Of a DNA stretch of 64,000 nucleotides, positions 11,725 to 21,542 are shown one piece after another (the first letter of the stretch is position 1; each line of letters starts with the position of its first letter). The notes under the pieces are model-generated. The model did no database searches, was not told where the DNA came from, and saw only the letters and a list, made by a program, of their open reading frames with translations. A program made the translations under genes and the position numbers. The stretch comes from Psilocybe cubensis. Taxonomy: Eukaryota. The stretch is from positions 1,736,001-1,800,000 of the forward strand of contig CM039001.1 in NCBI GenBank assembly GCA_017499595.2, written 5' to 3'.

Positions 11725-13444
11725 ATGAGTAAACGACCTCCTAACGAACAAGAGAGTCGCTTGCATCAAGCGGCTCTCGCGTCCTCTAAAAAGGTGCTTC
11801 AACATACACGCAACTTGTCTCCAACACTAACATCTTTCCAAAAGGAACTCACTGCTCGACAGGCGGAATCAATCATCCCCGACCCGGCTGCTCGACAGCA
11901 AGCTCTTAATTTTCTGCTGGGAGTGGGTCTTCTCAAAGGATTGACAAATTCGTCGGGCCAATTGTCATTCAGAGCTGTGAGCAAGGAGGAAATTGTCGCG
12001 TGAGTCTGTTGTTTGATGATTTACCAATCCAATTTAATTTTAAATTGATAGGACCAAAGGTCTGACTGGTGAAGAGAATCTGGTCCTGAGCCATATCAAA
12101 AGTTCTGGGAACGAAGGTATTTTACAAACATCTTTTACCCCCCGGTTTTACTCATTGAAGGCCATAGGAATCTGGACGAAACACTTGAAAGCTAAAACTA
12201 GCCTTCATCAGACCGTCATTGAAAGATGTCTGAAGACACTAACCCAGAAACGACTCATAAAGCGTGTACCCTCAGTGCAGGTATACACCATTGCTTCAGA
12301 TATGGAACACCTGTATTAACGGTTTCCATAGCATATCACAAGGAAAATTTATATGTTGGAGGGGATCGAGCCCTCTATATCACTGACAGGTGGCCCCTGG
12401 TACACGGACAATGAATTAGATACAGAATTTATCCAAAATTTAACCGAGGCATGCTATAAATTAATCAGCGATATCGTGCGTTCACTTTCTTCTATTACTG
12501 CTTCACCTTGTCGACTATCCATTTTATTCAGAGCTTCCCGAAGCGCAGAAATGGCTCTGAAAATGCTCTCTACCCTATCTCAAACGCGCCACGATATCCC
12601 ACAGCCGAAAATATCAGGCATTCTCTTCGAAAGGCACGACTTACAGAAACGGATCTGAGTGTGGAACACGTTGAAATGCTTCTCAATGTTCTCATCTTGG
12701 ATGGTAAAATTGAAAAGGTTTGAAGAACAATTATTCTTTTCAGTCGTATCTCATGTTGGCAAGTAGATCCCCGCATTTGGAAGTGCGCTGTGGAACTCTG
12801 AAGCAATCGGTGATGGCGACTCGGGCGACGAAGAAAAATCATCTCGCAAGAAGAAACGCAAAAAGCGAGACGATGACTCTGACGATGAAGACCTAAAGAC
12901 GAAGAAAAAACGCAAGAAGTTGGCTATATCTGACGACGAAATCGAATCTTCAGACGAAGAAAGTAGCAAGAAGAAGAAGAAGAAGAAAAAGTCCAAAACA
13001 AAATCAACTGACTCTGATTCCGACTCTGAAACCGAGAAAAAGAAGAAAAAGAAAAAGAAAAGGGCCCATTCATCAAGCTCTGAAAGTTCGTCCGAGGATG
13101 AAGCCCGCCATCGAAAAAAGAGCAAGAAAAAGCAGAAACACGTCTCTGAGAGCGAATCGTCTTCAGAGGACACTGATTCAGAATCACGCAGAAAAAAGCA
13201 CAAATCCTCGAAGCGCTCAGAAACTCCAAACGCGGATTTTGACGCGTTTGATACCAGTTCTGGTGGTTCCGTTTATCGTGCTTTGAAGGAACATGTGGCC
13301 TCTATAGGCTTGCTGGAGTCCCCTTGTGGACTTTGCCCGTCCTTCGAGTTCTGTAAACAGGATGGACCTGTGAATCCCAAGGAATGTGTATACTATGGGG
13401 ATTGGTTAGCTGCGCGGACAATAGTAAATAACGAAGATTCGTGA
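11725..13444 (+). CDS. RPC34: RNA polymerase III subunit RPC34/RPC6
   Basis: SSGNEGIWTKHLK, RKIYMLEGIEPSISLTGGPWYTDNELDTEFI, and the C-terminal PCGLCPSFEFC...VNPKECVYYGDW Fe-S motif. Confidence 0.95.
12838..13220 (+). repeat. Low-complexity Lys/Ser/Asp/Glu-rich coding tract (poly-AAG/AAA) inside RPC34
   Basis: Runs such as aagaagaagaagaagaagaaaaag encode KKKKKKKK alternating with SDSESE tracts. Confidence 0.9.
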
Positions 13445-13500
13445 TCGAAACACGTAAAATATTAGCTTGTCGTTGAGTCTATTTCTTCTTTCATTTTGTA

Positions 13501-14492
13501 CTAGGTTTTTAACAGACCAACAGCCATCTCGGTGAATTGAACAGCACCGTAAACCTTGAACCATTCTGGATTGTGAACATTGTACGTGACTTCCGTCTTC
13601 GTGTCTCCAACGTACTCCGCAACTACGCATTGGTATAAATCTTCCCCATCTTGGACATTGAACATGTTGAATTGCCATCCTTCTGGTTCTTTGCCATCAA
13701 CACAGATCCTTCTTGCAACAACATCGAATTCTATTCGCCGAAAATCAAAACCAAGGCCAATTCCCAGAGCTTTAGTATAGGCCTCCTTCAAAGTCCACAT
13801 CCAAAAAAAACGTTTTAATTTCTCCGTCTCTGGTATTACGGCCTTCAATTGAACATGCTCAAGAGTGGTTAACTATCAAATATATTTAGATGTAAACATA
13901 AGGGCTATTTGCTCTCCTCACCTGATCGCCGACTGTGTGCACAAACGAATCAAATGTTTCTCTTCCTGGAATTCTAACCTTCATGACGTCTATTCCAACG
14001 TTATATGCAGGCTGATTGATTATCCCCGGTGCAAACGCCATTGCGACTAGGTTATTGTCATGCGTGATATTATATGCCAGGGGCGGATTGGTTTGAGATT
14101 TCTGAAGATTAAGAAATTGTCAGTCCTGTATTTTTCTTTCGTACATAAAACGTACAATATATGGTTTCCCTTCCGGCGTAGTCGCAAACTTCATTTCGTC
14201 AACGGATATGCCCTTTCCTTTGAGCAACACTCTGACCAGAAGCCGTCCGATTAAGGTACCTTTCGTACAATAAGGTTCGGTAGGTGCAATTAGTATGGTA
14301 TTTGCTCACGACATGCGTCTACCCTGTGGTAGAATCGTTTTATACGTGTTTGACTCTCTACGTCAACCAATGTCAGACCGTTTTTGTACAACTTTTGAAA
14401 ATGAATTGTCAAATAAAATTCTCGATAGCAAAGGTGATACCTACATCATCATTGAAAAGATTTGGCGTGTATATGACTGCCCAAATTTCCAT
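13501..14492 (-). CDS. LYS5: Sfp-type 4'-phosphopantetheinyl transferase (Lys5/NpgA/Ppt1 family)
   Basis: RIKRFYHRVDAC|TLIGRLL, EGKPYI, YNITHD, VGIDVMK and FFWMWTLKEAYTKALGIGLG (ppt-1/ppt-3 motifs). ATG at 14492. Confidence 0.92.
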
Positions 14493-14702
14493 CTATGAGT
14501 GAAAGACGCCGTTGTACCAGGACAGAGATGGAGAAGGAGATTAGAATGTGAGAGTCTGATCTGGATCATATGGCAGTAGAGGAAGTCGGATGATCTGAAG
14601 TTGCATGTAGTTATTAGCAACCTGTTTGATATCACATCATCATCAACTTATCCGATTCCATACCCATTGACTTCAGTCGTCTAAAACTAGTCTGGGAGGG
14701 CG

Positions 14703-16096
14703 ATGGCTGCGTCAAATGGCTGCAAAAAATTTGTAACTTTAGGAATGTTTATTATCGATGAATTTGTTTTCATGGACGAAGAAGGCCAACCCACTGGCCG
14801 TACAGTGGAGCCGCAGGGAAGCCCACTATTTGTTGCGATAAATCCTTTCTTGACACACCTCCTTTATATAGATTGGAGGAGGGGGCACCTATGCTGCTAT
14901 CGGTGCTCGTATTTGGTACCCATCTTCCAGTTTGATTAATTCAAGTCATTTTTCGAAACGGATTTGCTTCTAGGTTACCTCCTTCAGATGTCGGAATGAT
15001 CGTCGACGAAGGATATGATTTCCCAGAAACAATCAAGCAGAAACTCATAAGCTACGGAGAAAGGATGTGGATGTTCAGGAAACAGCCTCATCTTGGAACT
15101 ACGCGTGCTATCAATTCCTATAAAGGAGAACTTCGAGGGTGACTATGGCTTTCGTTTCGCGTGAGATGTAAGGAACCGCTGATCAACAGCAGGTTCGAAT
15201 ACAAAACTCCTCGACTGCGTTTAACACCGAAGGATCTTTTAGCAACAGAACTGGAAAAACCGAAAATTCTGCATTTTATTTGTTCGCCGTCGCGAGCATC
15301 TGAAATAATGTCAGAGGCCAAGTTACAATCGGGCTGGGATCCTATCACGGTCTATGAACCCATCCCTGTTCGCGTTCACTTCAAACTTTGACCGCCCTTC
15401 AGGCTCACTTAAACTCTATCGTGTCGCCAGGACCGCTGCATTCCAGAAGAGTTGCCAGCATTGAAGAAAGTCCTGCCTTCAATATCAATATTAAGGTTGG
15501 TTTGGGTCAGTATTTAATGGAAGTGCTAACACTACAGTATTGGTCAGCCCAAACGCAGATGAGGCTCTCTCTCTTCTGTCATCTCCCTTGCCGGCGTCCA
15601 AAGACATAATCGAGAAAGCAGCGGATGACTTTTTGGACATCGGTATCGGAAAGGATGGCTCTGGCTGGATTGTGATCAGGAGCGGGGCAATGGGGGCATA
15701 CGTAAAATGTAAAAAAAACAAAGGAGTTTGGGTTGACGCCTTTTGGGAAGCTACAGACGTAGAAAAAGTCATCGACGTTACCGGTAATCTTTTCCTGGAC
15801 AATTGAGCCGACTACTATTTCTAAAAAAGAACTAGGCGCAGGTAATAGTTTCCTTGGAGGGTTCGCAGCCGGCCTGGTGCTATCTGAAGACGTTTATCAA
15901 GGTGTGTTCTTCCTTGTTCTTTGGGAAAGATATTGACTGAATGTGTCTTGGTTAAGCCACATTGTACGGGACCGTGTCGGCATCCTTTACAATCGAGCAA
16001 GAAGGTCTACCCTCGATATCGTATCTGCCATCAGGGATTGCCATTTGGAACGGAGACGACCCCATGAGAAGGCTTGAAGTGTTGAAGCAGCGTTAA
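14703..16096 (+). CDS. pfkB/ribokinase-family carbohydrate kinase (Mak32-like)
   Basis: LGMFIIDE, IGGGGTYAAIGARIW, YEPIP, SPNADEA, VIRSGAMG, and VIDVTG|AGNSFLGG (pfkB signature 2). Confidence 0.9.
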
Positions 16097-16172
16097 AAGA
16101 AACACCATTAGATTGATACACATGCTTTGCATTTACGATGAATACAGAAATAAAGATATAATGTCACCATGC

Positions 16173-16841
16173 TTACTGCTGCCCATTATTATACCTTGCC
16201 CTACTCTGTGCAAACAACTCTTCTTGGGCAGCAGCCAGCTCCTCTTCCGTCATTCCAGACTTTTCGAATTTGGAGACCTTTTTCTCTCGGTCCTGAAAGA
16301 AAGCAATTAGTAAGCTTCAATTGCGGAATAGGTATGTGTGAACCTTTTGCTGCTGCTTGTGATCTTTCAGCACGCTTTCAACTTCTGGTGCAAAAGTCGT
16401 GAATCCGAGACGCTACAATAGCAGTATGAGGCGACATTCCAGGAGACATGCAATTTGCTCGCACCGTCAAAGCAGTAATGATATGCTCAGGCGCTATTGT
16501 TTTCTTATTCTCCTGTTCACATATCTCGTTCGCCTCTGATGATATCAGATGAATGAATTCTGTACCACGATGTGAGAAACCAAGGGGGTCGTAAGCAATC
16601 CATCAATGTTCACCTACACAACACTCTATAACTAAATCTCGCGTCTCTTTCGCGCACACCACGTCGTTGGGCAGAAGTTCTGACGAAAATGATCGTAGGC
16701 GACAATTAACCTGTATGTACCCAAGAATGATTGATCCAACGTGAACTCACCAGCTATCATCTTGGCTACAGTAGCCTTTGGAAGAGACAGATCGTCATCA
16801 GTGGGTGCTCCACCTCCAGAATGTCCTTCTCTGTCGGACAT
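16173..16841 (-). CDS. NCB2: Negative cofactor 2 beta subunit (NC2-beta/Dr1), histone-fold
   Basis: DDDLSLPKATVAKMI...RDLVIECCV|EFIHLISSEANEICEQENKKTIAPEHII, ending QEELFAQSRARY. Confidence 0.95.
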
Positions 16842-16984
16842 ATTAGTCTCGAGGTTGGAGTTGGTAAAGAAGAAAAAGGGAGGGATGGGTTGGTCAACTT
16901 GAATGGAAGGGTTTTTGAAAGAAACATGGAGAGCCGTTGTTGGTGTCACTTTTAGAAGTCCGCACGTGTTCTCTTCCAACCACC
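16842..16984. promoter_or_regulatory. Compact bidirectional promoter shared by NC2-beta and SmF, containing CACGTG (16963-16968)
   Basis: The divergent start codons are only 143 bp apart. Confidence 0.7.
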
Positions 16985-17449
16985 ATGGCCTCTGTAAGTT
17001 TCGCGTCGTTCTGTTGGTCGATTTTCTCTCACTATGCTGCAAGGTCAACCCTGTCAATCCCAAACCCTTTTTGCAAGAGCTCACTGGGAAGCCCGTATAC
17101 GTACGACTAAAATGGGGGCTTGAATACAAAGGGTTCCTTGTTAGCACTGATGGGTACATGAATCTCCAGGTGATCGTCCCGGACATTGTCATCAGAGCGT
17201 CTGCTCATTTTCCCCAATAGCTTGCAAACACGGAAGAATATCAGGATGGAAAGTCAAATGGTGCTCTGGGCGAAGTCTTCATCCGGTATGTTTAATGCAC
17301 CACGAAGCTATAATCTATCCGCATTGACTCTCTTCTCAGGTGTAATAATGTTCTCTATATCATGAGTACATTTTCTTGCTCCCAAGGTCCAGGCTTATCA
17401 ACATGTATCTGTTTTTTACAGGGAGGCTCCTTCAGAATCGGCAGATTAG
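16985..17449 (+). CDS. SNRPF: Small nuclear ribonucleoprotein F (SmF)
   Basis: [55 protein letters not shown]...[23 protein letters not shown]. The last intron appears non-canonical (see findings). Confidence 0.95.
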
Positions 17450-17841
17450 GATAGCATTGCCGTTATAGAGTCACCCAACGTCAGTCACCGTCAAACTTGA
17501 TCGGCATGAGCGCACTCAGTGACGGTTTACCTGCAAGAAGGAAATATATGTGCTTCGTTTGTAATACTATGTATATCCAGCGTCGCCTATTGCGCAAAAA
17601 ATGGTGCTATCATTTAAAAAGGCCATTCATTTTGTCAAGACACATTCTTTCCTTTGGCTGCATGCACAGCCACAAAATAGTTCATGCGCCGCTTCAATTT
17701 TTTTCTTTCTGCGAGTCATTTTGACCTGTTTTCACCCATCATCACAACCTCCACTACAGTCTACCATCACTGCATTTACTTACTTGGTTCCTCTCCATCC
17801 CGAAACTATAAAGATCTACCGTCGAGTTATCTGTGCTCACA

Positions 17842-18527
17842 ATGGCGAAATCACTCAGGTCGAAGACGAAACGTTCCTTCCGCCAGAAAAAAAGAGAATC
17901 CGGAGAATACGCTGCAGCGGCAGCTGGCCGCCTTCACAGGCTCAACTCAAAGCTATTACAAGTAACGAAGAAAGACACAGATGGGGGCAGGCTCGAAACT
18001 GAGGATGTTGAGGCAAACGAAGATGGGATTCCAGGTTGGTGTTGGTTTGCGACTTTTGGCCTTCTAGATCCGAACGACATTACGTCGGAAGGATTGTACA
18101 ACTTGTGTCTTGATAACTGCGAGTACACACCTTCCTATCTTTGATACCGCCGGACTGCCCGACTAGAGGATTTTTTTGATGATTCTGTTCACGATTTCAT
18201 CGCGGATAGACAATCATTAACTCTTTACCTGTCTCTGTTTCTAGCTCCGGAACTGGATGATTCAATGGATCAACCAGGTGACTTTTCCTCGTCCTTTGAC
18301 CCCTGTTCCTCTTATTTATGTTTCATATCCAATGACACCCAGAATCTATGGCGGTCGACTCAGAATCTTCGTCAAAACGCATTTCTACACATGGACCTCG
18401 AGGCTCAAGAAGAGAGGAATGGCGGAAATCGAAAGGCATGCCTGCCAGAGCGACACCGCACGGAATGAACCGACAGGGTACTGTTGCAGCGAAAAGAAAA
18501 GCAGGTCGCTCCAAGAGAAGGCGTTGA
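17842..18527 (+). CDS. DUF2423/YBL028C-like small basic protein (probable pre-60S ribosome biogenesis factor)
   Basis: N-terminal MAKSLRSKTKRSFRQKKRE...GRLHRLNSKL and C-terminal KRISTHGPRGSRREEWRKSKG. Introns at 18035-18244 and 18278-18342 join in frame. Confidence 0.78.
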
Positions 18528-18746
18528 TATGCTTATACGTTATACCCACTTCTTATGTATCACCACCATGCAAAATCATTCCTGCCATTACACGAACACA
18601 AGAGGAGAGCGGAAAAAGCCATTGTATACTATTTAATTATATAATGGTAAGTTTTTTGCGGAATTTTTCGCATTCTGTGTCACAGTTGAAGCCACAAATC
18701 CAGAAGCTCGATGGTTGACTAGAACAAGAGCTTACGTCGCCCATGG

Positions 18747-20651
18747 CTATGTTCCTGGAAACTCGTAGGATCCTTTATCATCCTTGTCGATGTCTGCCAT
18801 TGCTTCCGGATCTGTGTACTTTGCCGACTGCATATCTGTGCATGAAGTCACGTCGTGTCCCTCACTTTTCATATACTGTGTGCTTGTTCCGGTCCTTTAG
18901 GTTTCATTAGAATGTTTACATTAGTATGTTGGAGCCGCTCTTACCCAAATTCCGCCATTGTTATATGTTCTGTAGTCACTCTAATTTCCTGACGCGGAAG
19001 AGATATTTTGTTTGATTTGAGATGGGGTCCTGTGTGCCGTGTACCAACAGGGTTATTCCCAGCCATGGCCGCCGATATGGAATGAACGTAGACTTCACTT
19101 GAATTGAAGTCTAGTAGCCTGGTGACAGCTCGGCAAGCTGCGATTGACCTGATTAATGGAATTGATAAAATGAATTCTATTGGTTTACACAAATGCTCAC
19201 GTTATAGTTGCTGCTGGGATCTGTGAAAATATATAAATGAGATGAACAGATGATGCTCAAGGAAACCCATACAGTGCCAATGCTAAGAGGAATAATAAGC
19301 AAAGAATGAGAGTTTTGAAAAGAGGTACTCACACGTTCATAGGCGCTGACCAAATGACATAGTTAAATTAACGTTGTGCATGTTCAAAACAAGGCCTGAC
19401 ATACTGTTCAGGTTCAAAACATTGAGGACCTAGGACATTACTGTCAGAAACAGGACTCGAGGTGGGATTAGAGCTACAAGACGCACAGCGGGGACGCAAT
19501 TAGTTGAAAATGAGAGAAGGAAATAAACCAGCCCGTCTTGGAAAAGCAATTTCCAGAGGTCGGTTCGTGCGGAATGACGCCCCAACAGTGCAACGGCTGT
19601 AAATGAGAGAATGGTAAAGTCAAATCCCATGGCTACAATATCAGTACCTGAAGTAAATGTTGAGTGGACCGAACTTACTAAAGAAGAAGGTCGTGTTTAG
19701 CATGGACGGATTAGTCTGTACGACCACACAAGCTTTGACAACAGGATCCCATTGTGAAACCACAATAAACATTGTCCTGTAGAGCAGAGCCCAGTGTGCC
19801 AAACACAAAATGCCAAGAACAGCGACAACGGATCGACGACGTTCCCATAACGCTATTCTGTTAAGGATATAAGTCGAAAAGATCGAATATAGACAGTCAG
19901 ACAAGCATACGTTCGCAACATAAGGGACGTAGAGGCGCAAAGAATAGCCATGTTTCCTGTCCACTACAGCAATAGTATGTCGGTTGAACAATAACATTGC
20001 AAGTCATTAAAGTCGCCTACTGAATTAAAAGTGTAAAGCGCCTGATCGCATTAGAAAACTGTTCGACTGCACTCTGTTCCCCAGTCAGATACATACATGA
20101 CAATTTATCTGATATATAATTGGGTCAGCGAAGTAGGAACACAGTGATGAATGTAACTACCTCTTCCGCTATTGAAAACGATGTTATCCTGAATGATTGA
20201 AAGATCCGTGTCAAAGCTTTGATTTAAAATGAAAAGACAGAGAAGGGTTCGTGGTTCGTAGAGATGCACAGACTTACATCCCCAGAAATGCCAAAAGCAT
20301 ACAATATCGGCAAAGAAAGAAAAATGCTAGGGGCATTTTTCAGATAACATGCAGAAAACGAGTGAACGGATTTACTCTAAAAAGAGCGTCTGTAAGAAAC
20401 TTTAGTTTATAGTGGAGGGTGCATACCAATGGCCACCGAAACTTGCGACGTCTAGTTACCAAAGACCATTCGAAGTCCAAAGTCATGAACAGTTCCCATA
20501 CATAGGCACCAAAAAGCGCAAAAACAAGCTTGAGGAAAATATCTGACGTGAATGCGTATGAGGCATTGTCGGTATGTAACACGGCCACAGGTATTCAAGG
20601 CAAATTACCTGAGTCCTTTGCAATTTCGTTCTTCGTATTCCAGGCAACCAT
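18747..20651 (-). CDS. Multi-pass integral membrane protein (DUF6533-like, putative 7TM/GPCR-like family expanded in Agaricomycetes)
   Basis: YVWELFMTLDFEWSLVTRRRKFRWPL, RTIALWERRR, LWKLLFQDGLVYF, SIAACRAVTRL, with several hydrophobic segments over many short exons. Confidence 0.75.
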
Positions 20652-21542
20652 GTATACACCAGCAATTAGGGAAGAAAGAAACAGCTTTTAACTTTCAAAT
20701 GAGCACCTGTATTTAAGTAGTCACACAATGTGTACACCAAATGGTTTACGCATTTAAAAAATTCCATTATAGCTTTCCCTTCCATACCATAGGGCCCCGA
20801 TTGTTAGCATAATTTCATATTAGCTTTGGAACCTGCGGGGACTTGTCATAATAACGTACGAGCATTCTTGGTCACTCTACAAAGCCCTGCCGACCTGAGA
20901 TATTGAGCTAGAACTAAGAAGCGTGTCATTGATGTCCAAGTACGGGCATTGACTCAGCCTACTAAACATCTATAAATCGACATCAGAGCTTAGCAAACGG
21001 ACAAGAGTAATCAGTTCCTTACCGAAATGTCTTCGCACTATAATTGCCTCAGCGATACTCTCCAAGATACAGCCGAGGATTCGGACTTAACACGCTAAGT
21101 GTATAAATTCGAATCCACGTACAAATCATTAGCAAAGCTGTTTGACCTATACTTCAAGGGCGGCTTAAGTGTGCGTCAAGAAATCACACAAACAACGTGG
21201 GTCGAAAACCAATGGGTCGCGATATTGTAGCACTATCGAACTGTTACACTTCGATATGAGTGTATATCGGGAAGAACGCAAAGTTCGCGGATTAAAGAAG
21301 CAACCCAGTCCAATAGCATTTGGTTAAGGGCAAAGCAAACGTAAGTACTACAACTTGGCAAGTTTCCAGAGTCGTACTGTCGTCTTCCAAACACGTGATG
21401 AATTCAGGTCGTCGCCAAACAGGAGCAAGCGCGTCGAAAACGCGTGCCATGCATGATTCCCACGACCATAACAAATCTACTCTCAATCAACCAACATCCG
21501 ACTCCCCATTAATTCCCGTCTCAATACGCTTCATCGCTATAT

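Noticed and set aside
12751-13229. Phe/Ser-rich antisense ORFs resembling membrane proteins
   Set aside because: They are the reverse complement of the poly-Lys/Glu tract in RPC34; the same artefact occurs at 28045-28354 and 55336-55704.
16632-17220. ORFs extending NC2-beta and SmF upstream across their shared promoter
   Set aside because: The extensions have no homology-like content, the conserved N-termini begin at 16841 and 16985, and the upstream starts are probably outside the transcripts.
18177-18244. Box C/D snoRNA in the long DUF2423 intron
   Set aside because: A box C-like TGATGA is present, but no downstream CTGA box D occurs within the intron.
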